DNA of 64,000 nucleotides from Octopus sinensis (GCF_006345805.1 NC_043012.1:33728001-33792000); one strand, 5' to 3'; shown: positions 49,287 to 63,703, counted from the stretch's first letter. The notes: generated from the letters alone by a model not told the origin. A program made the numbers and translations.

Positions 49287-51670
49287 TGATTTGGGTCTGG
49301 GCATTTTGCCGTTTTAGCCAATAAAAAACACACGCACTATATATTGGTGTTATTTGTTCAGCTTATTTTAGTTTTTACATAATCGTATTTCGGCCAAAAG
49401 TTATTTCGTCACACTCCTGTGAACTCATCAGTGGCCTTGCTTTCTTCTTTTCTTATTTGTGTGTCTTTCCTTACTAACGATCAGCCATTTTGTATTTTGT
49501 ATTCCTATTGTATGTGTCTTTATTTGCGAATGCGTATACCCCTATGTGTGTCTATGTTTAGTAAGTGCGTGTGTGTGTGTGTGGAGGGGGTGCCTGTATT
49601 ATCTGTGTCCCCTGTTTATACACGTTCGTTTAATTTATTTTTATTTATTTTGTTCATGTGTTTATACCTACTTATTATTTTTCTATTCTTTCTTTTATTG
49701 TATTTAATTTAATTTAATTTTGTTAATGTATATAGTTATTTAATTCCATTTGTTTATCTGTGTATTGTATTATATTTTGTTCATATTGTTATCAGTTTAT
49801 GGGGATCTTATTCTGTCATATGTTGTGGTGTGAGTGGGTGTGTGTGCTAGTGTTCCATTCCAGTTTCCTATTCAGACTAGGTTTATCTTCTATTATGTGT
49901 GTAGCTTCTGTAATTTATTTAAGCGTTGCGTCTGTTCTATGCGTGGACAAGATTTTAACTTCTATGTTGTTGAGTGAGCCCCGTGTTCCTGCTCGGCGTG
50001 CTGGTATAGAACCGATGATCTGTTTTCTTCCTTCAGTTCCCTCCAATGCTTATTTACCCGCTCTGCTATGCTCCATGCTGTTTCCGCTACGCACGTCGTT
50101 GTCTTGTTTCTACACTGTCCCCCTGTATATCTTATACTATAGACTACATTTCTTGCTTTACAGTTTGTTTGTGGACTAAATCTATATACAATACAGTTCC
50201 TATCAGTACAGGGGGTTGTACTAAAAGGGTAGGTTCTACCGAAATAGGGATTTGATAGGGTTGCCTGGCCTTTCAACAACCTTAATTCTTAGCTTAAGTT
50301 TGTCTAGGGCCCTTCTAAAGCGGTACGCCAGTTCGCCTCTAGGGGTGGTGTCGACGAACATGACGCTCTGGTATTTGTAGCTATCATACCATGAGTTGGC
50401 ATTACTTATTTTCTTCTTAGTCCTTTCAATGGTGTTCCATGACTTGCTCCTATAGAGTGGGCAAATCCCATTCCTATCATTACATAAGATAGTATCAAAT
50501 TTCTTCATGGCTCCTTTGTATACTCTGATCCTTTCAATATGGCTGTAACCTGAGAACTGCATGCGGTGAACGAAATGTTGCATGTGTCTTTTTAACTCTG
50601 TAGGGTCGCACATGCGGGACACATTTCACATTACTGTGACGAGGTCTGCCATCAATATATTGAATTTGGCATTGTCCGCGATAGCTGAGTTCCGGTGGAT
50701 CAAGTATTTGGAGGCTATAGGTTTCGCATAGTGTGAATGAAGGATTCGGGTTTTATTATTCTCAGTTTCCAGCCAGAGTTCTGTATTTAGCACTGGTAGT
50801 CTATGGTTAGGGTGTTTTGTAGAGTAGTCTATCGTGACCTTAATACTCTGATGGATGGAATTAGCTATTTTCTGGATGCTCTCCATAGTATTAGTTTCTA
50901 TTTCTATTTCAAGAGTACCCTCTTGTGGGGTTGCCTTTACCACTACGTTCATATCATCGACATAGCGAGAGTACATGTTCACGAGTATGGAGTTCTGTGT
51001 CAGGCGTTCCTTAAGCCTTCTATCCCACCATACCATGAAAAGGTTGGCCACATCACCGGCAATACTAACGCCGATGGCTGCCCCCTCGTCCTGGGCGTAT
51101 ATTTTGTTGTTAAACTTAAACGTGTGGCCTTTTAGGGTAACTCTTATACTAACTCCTAGTGCATGTGCAATCATTTTCTTTACCTGATAATCATTTGAGG
51201 GGGTCCGTATGGCTCTGGTCCATCCGCTCTATCTCTCTATAGGGGTCTTCCTAGCCATAGAAGTAATTATAGGTGGTCTACCTCTTAAACGTCTACTGGG
51301 GCAGAAACTTCTAAGGTCGTGTTTACCTAGATATTCATTGTCATATGTCAGTCTAAGTAGGAGGCCCAGTTCCTCTGTGTTGACATTGCGGAACTCCACT
51401 TCGCTCTCGTTGATCATCTCCACGCGCTTCTCCACCGCAAAATCCACGTCGATCGATGGGTATAGGGATACCGCATTCATGCTACCTTCTATACATCCTG
51501 TCAGGTCGCAGGTGTTGTTACAGTCGTTGATCCTGCTGAGGAGATCTTCCGTGCTGTCACAAACATCAGGTGACATCCGGATTATGGGGCGTATGAACCA
51601 TTGAGAGGAAGTAGGAGATCCTATAGTTGCTAGCGATATTCGCTCCACAGACTGGTCTGTTGGTGCTGTT

Positions 51671-51672
<2 letters not shown>
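49282..51672 (-). mobile_element. 5'-truncated Penelope-like element (Neptune-type), RT + GIY-YIG + 3' HHR-bearing terminus, between TA runs
   Basis: RPVCGA, SMNAVSLYPSI, GAAIGVSIAGDVANLFM, YSRYVDD, LPVLN, NVVYSI...CVAET...ER..KH, ITEATHI...LNRKLEW; HHR at 49392-49436. Confidence 0.9.
49820..51660 (-). pseudogene. PLE RT/GIY-YIG ORF broken by stops and frameshifts
   Basis: ORF pieces 51229-51648, 50626-51174, 50236-50622, 49962-50279. Confidence 0.9.
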
Positions 51673-51755
<83 letters not shown>

Positions 51756-52011
51756 TTCTTGTCTTATCAGAATTAACGAAGATCTTATTCGAGTTGTTAA
51801 TTTCCTTAATTTTTTTCTTTCATATTTCTCTGTAATTGGTTGCTATATTTTACGGAATTGAATTTTTCTAATAAGTTCGAAAAAGGTCTTTCTCGAAGGC
51901 TTCTAATTCCGGAATAGGTGATGGATTCCTGGAAGATTTAAGTCCGTATTTGCTTCCGTGGTTTTCTGTTTGTTCAAAGAAGAAGATATATATATATATA
52001 TATAGATATAT

Positions 52012-52054
<43 letters not shown>

Positions 52055-52142
52055 TATATATACATATATATATTATATACACACCACACATAATACACAT
52101 ATACACATATACATATATATATTCAATATATGAATATATATA

Positions 52143-52309
52143 GGCACAGGAGTGGCTGTGTGGTAAGTAGCTTGCTAACCAACCACATGGTTCCGGGTTC
52201 AGTCCCACTGTGTGGCATCTTGGGCAAGTGTCTTTTGCTATAGCCCCAGCCGACCAGCCTTGTGAGTGGATTTGGTAGACGGAACTGAAAGAAGCCTGTC
52301 GTATAGATG

Positions 52310-52342
<33 letters not shown>

Positions 52343-52592
52343 TATATATATGTGTGTGTGGTGTGTGTGGTGTGTGGTGGTGTGGGTGTGGTGTGTTTGT
52401 TGTGTCTGTGTTTGACAACCGATACTGGGGTGGTTTACGTCCCCGTCACATAGCGGTTCGGCAAAAGTGACCGATAGATAAGTACTGGGCTTACAAAGAA
52501 TAAGTCCGGGGTCGATTTGCTCGACTAAAGGCGGGCTCCAGCATGGCCGCAGTCAAATGACTGAAACAAGTAAAGAGTAAAGAGTAAAAGAG
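52143..52592 (+). mobile_element. SINE family A
   Basis: Full length with several 1-nt deletions. Confidence 0.9.
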
Positions 52593-52682
52593 ATATATGT
52601 ATATGTATATATGTATGTATGTGTGTATATATATGTGTGTGTGTGTATGTATACACACACAACACACACACACACACACATA

Positions 52683-52720
<38 letters not shown>

Positions 52721-53120
52721 TGTATATATACAGATATATGTATGCGAGTGTACGTATGAGGTTTCATTGTTATCGTTCATTTACTACACGTGGACATTGA
52801 TTAAAACCATAATTTCCAATTAGTGGTAGATTAAGCGACGAAGTGTCACAATTAAATAAGATGTGCCATATGAGACTCATATGTGCCAGACTGTCACACA
52901 CGCGCGCGCGTTCATTCGCACTCATACAAGCGCATACATTCCTGCACACATATTCATTAATTGTACGATTCAAACTAATTGAATACCAGCTATTTTCCTT
53001 GCCAGTTTATCATAAGTTTGTTTAATAAGGTTTTAAGCGAAACATCCGGCCAAGTGTCATAAATCGTTTCATTCATAATTATTCAGTCCTGTATTTGAAA
53101 GGTTTCAGTAAATCTTCAAT

Positions 53121-53331
53121 GTGTATACCCATACATACATACATACAGACAGACAGACATACATACAGACAGACATACATACATACATACATACATACCA
53201 ACACACACAGACAGACAGACAGACAGACATACAGACATACATACATACATACATACATACACAACACACACACACACAGACAGACAGACAGACAGACAGA
53301 CATACAGACAGACAGACATACATACATACAT

Positions 53332-53364
<33 letters not shown>

Positions 53365-53369
53365 TACAC

Positions 53370-53416
<47 letters not shown>

Positions 53417-53670
53417 TACATACATACATACATACATACGCACACATCACGATAGATGAAAGTACATATCGAAAAATAAATAGATAGACAGACAGACAGA
53501 CAGACAGATATACAGACAGGCAGACAGACAGACAAGCAGACAGACAGACAGACAGACAGACTGATAGATAGATAGATGGATGGATGGATGGATGGATAGA
53601 TAGATATAGAGATAGATAGATAGACAGATAGATAGATAGATCGATAGATAGATCGATAGATAGATCGATC

Positions 53671-53748
<78 letters not shown>

Positions 53749-53749
53749 C

Positions 53750-53807
<58 letters not shown>

Positions 53808-53857
53808 GATAGATAGAGAGATAGATAGATAGATAGATAGATAGATGATAGATAGAT

Positions 53858-53915
<58 letters not shown>

Positions 53916-53924
53916 GATAGATAG

Positions 53925-53979
<55 letters not shown>

Positions 53980-53993
53980 GATAGATAGATAGA

Positions 53994-54034
<41 letters not shown>

Positions 54035-54055
54035 GATAGATAGATAGATAGATAG

Positions 54056-54120
<65 letters not shown>
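53121..54120. repeat. 1-kb compound tetranucleotide array (ACAT/ACAG/GGAT/AGAT)
   Basis: Direct reading; source of the LSIY ORFs. Confidence 0.97.
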
Positions 54121-54121
<1 letters not shown>

Positions 54122-54817
54122 TAGATCGTGGAGCGATCTTGAATCTGTATGTATCCTGACATCTTGGTAGTGGTGGTGATGTTGGTGGCGTAAGCCTTTC
54201 ATGTGGTGGGTATGTTGTGTTAAATAATGGCAATGTTGGTGGTAAAGGGGAACATTGAGTGGTATGTAGGGGTAGTGGTAATGCTAATGTTACTGGTGGT
54301 ACATTTAACCCCCAAACCACCAAACCACACCACCGCGGCTGCAACAAACTTGGCTACAGCGTTTGTTTGATAGAAATCATTGAAAGAAACGGGGTTCTTA
54401 GTTTCAGCCTGTCTCTGAGCAAAGTGTCCCTTCCTGCTTTACAGAGTGATGTAACTGACATATATATTGACCAATCACAGACAGCGAAACTTTCCTGGGG
54501 AATAATGCACTGCGGGGTTTGTGTATATGCATACGTATATATATATATATATGTATTTATATGTGAGCATATGTATGCATAATTGTGTATGTTGTGTGTG
54601 TGTGTGTAAGTGTAGGAATCTGAGATAGGAAGAGTTTGACGGGTTGATAGAGTCTGTGGGGTCCCAGCTAATCTGGAATACATGATCTTAGTTTGTTTGG
54701 CAAGTTGGCTGGCGGGTCGGTTGGTTTATGTTGTTGTTGTTGGTGGTGGTGGTTGACTAGTTTAAGGGTGTCGTGGTATTAGTCACAAGGAGGGTAGTGG
54801 TGGTGGGGTTGTTGTTG

Positions 54818-54849
<32 letters not shown>

Positions 54850-55224
54850 GGTGGTGGTTGGTGGCAATGCTGTTTATAAAGTCAGTGGTAGTAGTTGTTG
54901 ATGTTTAAACCCCAGGCCAGCTGTGATTGCGTTGGCCTAAGCCTCCCTAGCCGTGACCACCCTGTCATTTTTTTTCTATGTGCAGGGTATCCCAGAACTA
55001 CATTATTCAACATATTCTCTAAAAGTGGGGGGGGGGCATTTGAATGAGATTTGGTTACTGAGTGAATTTAGACAATGACCACCACTTCTTACAGGTTCGT
55101 TTGATTGTCTCAATGACTGGTGGGGGTTGAATGGTGGTGGAGTTGCTACACCTTAATCGGGGAAAGGGGATAGATTTCCTGTCGGGTGACAATGGTGGAA
55201 AGAGGTTAGAAAAGTACTTGAAGG

Positions 55225-55400
55225 CACTAGCGTCTTTTTGGCCTTCATCAACTTTGCTTCCCAATCACATGGTTTCGGGTTCAGTCCCACTACATGGCAC
55301 CTTCAGCAAGTGACTTCTGCTGTAGCCTTGGGCCAACCAAAACCTTGTGAGTGGATTTGGCAGACGGAAACTGAAAAAAGCCCGTCGTGTAATGTGTGTG
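55225..55400 (+). mobile_element. SINE family A, 5' half
   Basis: Head through gaaactgaaaaaagcccgtcg. Confidence 0.8.
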
Positions 55401-55401
55401 A

Positions 55402-55447
<46 letters not shown>

Positions 55448-55482
55448 TGTGTGTGCGCGTGTGTGTGGTGGAAGTTAGTCTA

Positions 55483-56510
55483 TTTCATTCGCAAAATGAA
55501 CCCGCTTTATTTTATTTTTGCTCAGATTGCTTTCAATTTTGGCGAATCGATGTAACTCTGGATTTTGATTACGATCAACCAATTACTTTATCTCGTAAAT
55601 TAAAGAACCTGATGTTATTTGGAATTAAAGTTGAAGAATTTGGGTAATTTTAGCCAATCAACAGATAGCGAGGCATTAACAGCCTGTTACCATGACAACC
55701 GCACATTGTGTTTGTGTTCCACCTGCATGTTGTGTTGATTTATTGGCATTGTGAAGGTGAATGGAATATGTGAACTCAGGACAGATAATTTGACATTAAA
55801 TCTTTTAATTCTGCATATAAAAACATATAAGGTACAGGTATTCTTTTTCCTGAGATGAATTCTTTGTTGTTCAGTGTTATTCTTATCGTAGTTTACAAAT
55901 CAAAACATGAAAACGTTACTCAACTTTGGAGTTTTAGAGACAGACGCTCCTTTTCACTCACACACACACATACACATACGCACACACACACACACACATG
56001 CACTTATATATTAATTATGTATACAAATACATAACAGGTAATCATAGTACTGAAATACGCGTAAAGTAAATGCGCATAAATAGGCTATGAATACTCAGTT
56101 TTTTCGATTTTTAAACTTTTTCCTCCAATTTTTTTTCTCCACAACAGAAACTGAAAGAAGCCCGTCGTATATATATATGTGTGTGTGTATGTTTGTGTCT
56201 GTGTTTGTGTCCCCCCCCCATCATCGCTTGACAACCGATGCTGGTGTGTTCACGTCCCCGTAACTTAGCGGTTCGGCAAAATTGACCGATAAAATAAGTA
56301 CTAGGCTTACAAAGAATAAGTCCTGGGGTCGATTTGTTCGACTAAAGGTGGTGCTCCAGCATGGCCACAGTCAAAATGACTGAAACAAGTAAGAAAGTAA
56401 GTAAAGTAACATCATACCTTCATAGTAATTAGACTGGAAAACTTTATTATTATACCAGATTTTCAGATTTTTTACTGTCTTTTAAAACAATGCATATTTT
56501 GCGAATGAAA
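55483..56510 (+). mobile_element. Non-autonomous DNA transposon, same family as 38762-40172, with SINE A 3' part at 56148-56400
   Basis: ttcattcgcaaaat / attttgcgaatgaa ends; internal homology. Confidence 0.7.
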
Positions 56511-56554
56511 AATACTAGATCCGTGTGGTGTGGTGTAGTGTGGTGTGGTGTGTG

Positions 56555-56850
56555 TCTTTGCGTCTCTGCCCCCTCCATCGCTTGACAATCGATGTTGGTG
56601 TGTTTACGTCCCCGTAACATAGCGGTTCGGCGAAATACACCGATAGAATAAGTATTATGCTTACTAAAAATAAGTCATGGGGTCGATTTCTTCGCTTAAA
56701 ACCCTTTAAGGTGGTGTTCCAGCATGGCCGCAATCAAATGACTGAAACAAGTAAAAGAATAAAAGAATAAGTCCTGGGGTCGATTTGCTCGACTAAAGGC
56801 GGTGCTCCAGCATGGCCACAGTCAAATGACTGAAACAAGTAAAAGAGAGA
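56555..56850 (+). mobile_element. SINE family A 3' half with duplicated tail segment
   Basis: Restart at aaagaataagtcctgggg, 56762. Confidence 0.88.
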
Positions 56851-56974
56851 GAGAAAGAGTATATCTTGACTCGATTTTAATGTACCCAACCAAAAAACTT
56901 GTCCCCTCTTCCTTCGCCCTTGTGGCTAATACAGTCCTTTATATATTTTCGTCAACCCTTGGTCTTTTTCTTTT

Positions 56975-57212
56975 ACTCTTTTACTTTTTTACTTGTTTCA
57001 GTCATTTGACTGCGGCCATGCTGGAGCACCGCCTTTAGTCGAGCAACTCGACCCCGAGACTTATTCTTTTGTAAGCCCAGTACTTATTCTATCGGTCTCT
57101 TTTGCCGAACCGCTAAGTAACGGGGACATAAACACACCAGCATCGGTTGTCAAGCAATGCTAGGGGGACAAACACAGACGCACAAATACACACACGCATA
57201 TATATATATATA

Positions 57213-57284
<72 letters not shown>

Positions 57285-57445
57285 TAGGAGGGGCTTCCTT
57301 CAGTTTCCGTCTACCAAATCCACTCACAAGGCATTGGTCGGCCCGAGGCTATAGTAGAAGACACTTGCCCAAGGTGCCACGCAGTGGGACTGAACCCGGA
57401 ACCATGTGGATGGTAAGCAAGCTACTTACCACACAGCCACCCTTG
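56975..57445 (-). mobile_element. SINE family A
   Basis: Full length. Confidence 0.92.
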
Positions 57446-57879
57446 CGCCTTGGTGGTTAATAAAGAAGTTAATTTTTGTAGGTGTTGTTGTTGTTATGGT
57501 TTCTGTTGTGTTGTTGTTTTTCTCAACGTATTTGTTGTCCTTCCAACTGTTAAAAATGCAATTTTTTAAGAATTACCGAAAAAGAATATCAGCAATTAAA
57601 CATAAAAAGGGAGAGGAGAAGAGAGAGACAGAGAGAGAGAGAGAGAAAGAGAGATAGACTGAGGAAGCGCGACAGAGGAAGGAGGGGAGGGTCTTACATG
57701 AGGGTGAGGAATAGAAGCAATGTGTGAAAGAAGGTACAAGTGTGTGGTTGGGTAGGAGTGGTAGGAGAAGCAGGAACTAGGAAAGGAGAAGAGTCGGGGG
57801 AAGAGGAAGCAAGAAAATAAATAGGGAGGGGAAGGAGGAGGAGGGATGAGAGTTAATCTAGTTCAACGGTGGTGCAATG

Positions 57880-57969
57880 ACTGAGTAGTGTGTGCGTATG
57901 TATGTGTCTATATATATGTGTGTGTATGTGTGTGTGTGTGTATACATAGGCATAATATATGTGTGTGTC

Positions 57970-58001
<32 letters not shown>

Positions 58002-58111
58002 TATATATATACACACACACACTCACACACATATATATATATATATATACACACACTCACATATATATATATACACACACACACATATATATATATACAC
58101 ACACACACACG

Positions 58112-58156
<45 letters not shown>

Positions 58157-58187
58157 CACACACTCACACATATACACACACACACAC

Positions 58188-58233
<46 letters not shown>

Positions 58234-58330
58234 TATGCCTATGTATGATTATGTACATATACAAATGTGAATGTGTGTGTATACATGTATGTGTAGACAT
58301 GTGTATATGTATGTATGTAGATATACTAAT
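57880..58330. repeat. (TA)n(CA)n compound microsatellite
   Basis: Direct reading. Confidence 0.95.
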
Positions 58331-58628
58331 GTGTGTGTGTTTGATGTCAGTAGATATTACGGTGCCATTTAAAATAAAGGTACAACAACAATAAAAATAA
58401 TAATAAATAATAATAAAAAAAAAAAAAAACAAAGATATCAGACAGTTTCAATATGGCGACAGAGTTATTTTCATGATTTAAGTTGACTTGTTCGTTGCTT
58501 GCCGAATTGCTAACTTGCTATCTTGTTGGCTTGTTAACTCTTGTGGCTTGTTTACCCATCTTTTTCCTGTAAACAATTATTTTAAACAAGATGTTATGTT
58601 TGTCCCAATGCTTTCACACACACACACA

Positions 58629-58659
<31 letters not shown>

Positions 58660-58875
58660 TACACATATACCACCGTCCGTCTTCAACGGTTCGCTCATAT
58701 ACGCTTATTTCCACACACAGACACACAGAGACAAACATTTAAAGTATACACACACACCGACAGCCCTAGGCAGGATATATATAATACAAATAATTTAACA
58801 AATATTCCAACATGCACAAACACACACTCTGTGTTACACATACACCCACTGTTTTTTCTCTCTCTCGCACACACA

Positions 58876-58906
<31 letters not shown>

Positions 58907-59094
58907 CCACACACACACACACACACACTGCCTATAATACATATACATAGAATTCATTCGACCTGAATTTTTTACTTAAACTCCGTCTAGGTTCTCATTA
59001 AACCAATATTAGCAAAAAGTTAGGGCACCAAAGGATGGAAACACGGTTTTTCCAGTACCGGATTATGCAAATGGTTAATAATAAAAAGAATAGA

Positions 59095-59821
59095 ATCTTT
59101 TCGCTTTGACCGGCAGATTTTTAAAATGATTTCTTTGCGCATATGGTTCCGGGTTCAGTCCCACTGCGTGGCACCTTGGGCAAGTGTCTTCTACTATAGC
59201 CTCGGGCCGACCAAAGCCTTGTGAGTGGATTTGGTAAACGGAAACTGAAAGAAGCCCGTCGTATATATGTATATATGCGTGTGTGTGTTTGTGTGTCTGT
59301 GTTTGTCCCCCTAGCATTGCTTGACAACCGATGCTGGTGTGTTTACGTCCCCGTTACTTAGCGGTTCGGCAAAAGAGACCGATAGAATAAGTACTGGGCT
59401 TACAAAAGAATAAGTCCCGGAGTCGAGTTGCTCGATTAAAGGCGTTGCTCCAGCATGGCCGCAGTCAAATGACTGAAACAAGTAAAAGAGTAAAGAGTAA
59501 AGAGTAACTAAACACTTTTAAACTTCGTATACTGGTAGAGTGTGTTACCATAAAACATCCTTTTCTCTTGGTTTTCTTGAGAAAATTCTGTAGTTTGTAA
59601 GCTATTTGTTGTTTAATTTCTTGCATTTCGGCAATTTCAACCAATCAATGACGACTGTTGAGGTGAATACAATTTCTCCGAATCTTTGTCAACAACAAAT
59701 TTTCTCAAGAAAGCCAAGAGAAAAAGATGTTTTATAAACACATTCTACCAGTATACGAAGTTTAAAAGTGTTTAGTTACGTGGAAATTATTTTTAAAATC
59801 TGCCGGTCAAACCGAAAAGAT
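59095..59821. mobile_element. MITE with long TIRs; left TIR interrupted by SINE A (59141-59505)
   Basis: atcttttcgctttgaccggcag / ctgccggtcaaaccgaaaagat; 59505-59590 pairs with 59698-59780; interior also at 48315-48425. Confidence 0.8.
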
Positions 59822-60214
59822 CCAAAGAATAAGAAATAAACGGAAATACAAAAGTATTGTGTATCTGTATCGTTTCTGTTGCCCTTGTTATAAAAATAAT
59901 TTGGTTACAGTGTTTATTGCTGTTTAATATAACATAAAAACGGTCTGTATTTAATATTGAGAGGGAAGGCCAGCAAGAAAACGTTATTGCAGGTATTCGT
60001 GTTTTTCGGTTCTGAGTTCAAATTCCACAACACTTTTCATCCTTCGGGGGAGAGGAAGTTTATAAAATAAAGCACCAGTCAAGTGGTAGGGTCAACTGAG
60101 CCGACTAACGCCCTCTTCTTGAAACTGCCTGTCTTTTCCTAAAATCACAAACCATTTAGAGGCAGCGAGTTGGCATGATCATTTAAGAGTGTCGATGTAA
60201 TAAATTGCTTTACG

Positions 60215-60440
60215 ACGAGCTGGCAGAATCGTTAGCGTGCCGGGCGAAATGCTAAGCGGTATTTCGTCTGCCGCTGCGTTCTGAGTTCAAATTTTGCCGA
60301 GGTCGACTTTGCCTTTCATCATTTCGGGGTTGTAAATAAGTACCAGATACGCACTGGAGTCGGTATAATCGACTAAATCCGTTTGTCTGTCCTTGCTGGT
60401 CCTCTCTGTGTTTAGCCCCTTGTGGGTAGTAAAGAAATAG
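60215..60440 (+). mobile_element. SINE family B
   Basis: Full head and core. Confidence 0.9.
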
Positions 60441-60689
60441 TTATTAAAAAGAAAGTTCCTAAAACAAAGTGTATTAGATCTTTATTAAACCATTGAAATT
60501 TCTGCCTCTTCGATGTACACGGCACAGAACGCTCTTCTAACACCTCAGACATTATAATTAAATGAAATGGGACGACAGCCGAGTGGCGAACTCTAACGAA
60601 GCCTGCCAAGTTCAAAATCCAACCAGTTTTTGTTGATAGCAGAAACGTGCTCTTTACAGTTTTTCGCTTTTCCATTTTTATTTTTATCA

Positions 60690-61640
60690 TGATTTATATT
60701 TGTTTTACTTTAATGTGTGGAAAATTCTTCTCTAAATGTTCTACAGAATCTGCAATAAGAACTCGGTTGTCCGCATACTGACGTCCCCACAGACAGCAGG
60801 TATTAAACTCCTCTGTTGTGGTCTGGAAGGGATCTGAGAACTGATCCCTAATGGACACCTACCTGCACACCAAATTCATTGCTGAACTCATTGTTGATTT
60901 TCTCCTTGTTAACTGTACTTCTGTACATAGCTTGTACATCTTTCATAAGCCTCGTGTTTTTAGTAACCACAAGATTACAAAATGTGTGACTGCTTAAAAG
61001 TCTTCTCCAGGTCGGCGAATGCTAGACATATGGTCCTTATTCCAAACTAAGTACATCGACAGTTGTCTTAAAAGGAAAAGGATATCGATTTTATTTCTTG
61101 TTGGCACAGAATTGAACTGCGTCTCATTTACGCTAAGCTTTTCCATAAGTAACTACGATAGATGTTTCGGTAACTTTCGTAACCTGGTCCATCAATTTAA
61201 TATTGTTCTGCTGTAAGTCCCTCGGAGCAGTTGAGGATAATACTGTTTCACCAGTCATTGGATATGACACCTTCCTGTACTTCTCGATCGATTATCTGAC
61301 CAGCCCATACCCTACTTCAGCATATATTTTAGGTATCCTAGGGATTATTTCGAACGGACCAAGCTGTTTTCCCCTGTCTTCGTATACTTTATCTACCGTA
61401 TTGCTGGCAACGTAGATGCCAGGTCCCTCTCTTGGAGCTAAGGTAGAACTTGTGCGCGTACGTATGTGAGTAAAAAAGGCGAAAAAATCAAGCTCATATT
61501 TGAATGCCTCTTATTTTACCGACTCAAAGCATAATGGCCAGTATTTTACCTCGTTAGTAATTTGAACTGAGGACATAAAGATCTTGAACAAAATGTTGAA
61601 TGCTTTCGCTGCGTTGATTTAACCACTCAGCCAATTCTTC
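60690..61640 (-). pseudogene. Decayed RTE-clade LINE reverse transcriptase
   Basis: TQFNSVP..IDILFLLRQL; TEEFNTCCLWGRQYADNRVLIADSVEHL (YADD-like at 60767-60778). Confidence 0.75.
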
Positions 61641-62720
61641 GCTACGAAAAGAGCATTTAGAAAGAAAGAAACTAACAAAGGAAGCTATTATTAAGCACGA
61701 ACATAGAACTTCGCTCGAAATTTACTCTCTCCTATGCGTTCTTCATATCCAGTAATTTCTCATTATAACACTTTCATGTCTCATTTCAGCGTGAACAAAC
61801 ATACTCTTGTCATTCCGTTCACACTTCTCCCATCTCTCATCTCTCATTCACCCCCACAATCTAGAGCACGTCATGTCTCTTATTCTCGTGTCGCAAAAAG
61901 TGTACAAACTTCTCGTCGGCTTCTCACCTTGCTAAGAATTTTTGCCTCTTAGCTTTCACGACTCTGTATACAGTACTATTAAAGTACCATGTCATCTTCC
62001 GACTTCCTGATATCGTACAGATCTAGTCAATAATCCTCAACAAGTTGACTCAGGAACTTCCATGTTATAAGTCTTTATTTCCTCCCTCTCCCCCCCCCTG
62101 TTGTCACCAAAGACTTCTTTGAAGTCTGATCGAAGCTTCTTTCAACTTCCCTCTCTTCTCGATTGTCTTTCATGTGAGATGTGTATATATATGTACGAAT
62201 AAGGTCGAAAAGTCCATAGGCTGGCTATGAAGGAGTGATGCCAGAGCTGTGAAATTTTGCATGCTTTAGCTTTAACCCATCTTATTAATAACTGAATTGT
62301 TTCTTTCCAGAAAAACTGACATTTGACTGTTCAAAGAGGACTTCAAAAGTAACAAGTAGCCTCTACTCTTGAAAATCAATAAAATTTGACATCATGGTGT
62401 TATCAAGAACTTGCAAAAAAAAAACAAAAAAGGTTTCGCTTATGATAGAACAGACATTTGATATGATAAACAAAGGTTCGTTTCAGCATTATCAGTTCGG
62501 AACAATATACGAAGATGATAGAGAGGATAAAATTCACATTAAGAATGGTGTAATTAACTATATTGTATTGTTTGCGATATTTTTTTAATTCATTTTTTGG
62601 ACTACATTGCGTTTTAGATCAAATTCAGGATAATGGCGACCCAACATCTACCTTAATTCATACCTTTCTGTCTCGCCTTAGACCATTTATCATTCGTTTG
62701 GCAATGAGACTATGTTAGCA

Positions 62721-62781
<61 letters not shown>

Positions 62782-62851
62782 TACATACACACATGCATAA
62801 TACATACATACATACATACATACTACATACATACATACATACATACATACA

Positions 62852-62887
<36 letters not shown>

Positions 62888-62905
62888 TGTATTTATGTAT
62901 GTATG

Positions 62906-62948
<43 letters not shown>

Positions 62949-63084
62949 ATAAATACAAAATGGGACAAGAACGCAAAACATCCAGAAGACGATACAAAAA
63001 AACACGGACGGGTCATTCGAAGCCTTTAATCTTCAGTCAAGAACCGGATCATCCTCGCAATTTCGGCTGATGATATCAAAGAGT

Positions 63085-63703
63085 TCCAGACATTGGGCAT
63101 GCTTTGACAGGCTTACGGCAACGGGGCAATGGGTCGTTGTACGCAATATTTCGAGGGGTACGGGCACTTCAAACAACGGGAAAACGTCCCTGGAAGACGA
63201 TGAGCGAGCTGAAAGGCCTGCCACAAGCGTCACCTCCGGAATTATGGCATCGGGCATCGAGGATTCGTTCCCCAGGGCCAGACCGTCAATCGAGAGTTCG
63301 GCAAAAGCGACTGGATCTGTAGGGCACGAAGAATTGGGTTCTTCACGACAACAATGCACCCTGTTACTCTGTTTTTCACCAAAAAACAACATGGTATCGC
63401 TTCCGCACCCGCCCTATTCCCCAGATTTAGCACCTTCGAAATTCCATGTCTTTCTCAAGATTAAAATGCCGCTCAAAGGTCGCCGTTTTAACATCGTTGT
63501 CGAGATCCAGAGCGAATCACAGAAGGTCCTCGACTCTCTTACGGAAAACTACTTCCAGGACGGATTCCAAAAGAGGCAGGAACGCTGGGACCGGTGTATT
63601 GCTGTGCAAGGTGACTTTCAAAGGAGATGATGGTAAAACTTCCTAAATAATTTTTTTTTTATCAAACATAACTAGTCCTACAACCTTTTGGTACCGCTTC
63701 GTA
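63085..63703 (+). mobile_element. Internally deleted mariner transposon remnant with 3' TIR and TA
   Basis: GKTSLEDDERAERPATS; HPPYSPDLAP...LKGRRF...ERWDRCIAVQGD; TIR ...ggtaccgcttcg then ta. Confidence 0.85.

Noticed and set aside
53079-54347. 422-aa and 348-aa LSIY/VCMY ORFs
   Set aside because: Translations of tetranucleotide arrays
62190-62400. Possible mariner-type 5' end (tacgaataaggtcgaaaagtccatagg)
   Set aside because: No matching second TIR or transposase seen; too weak to call
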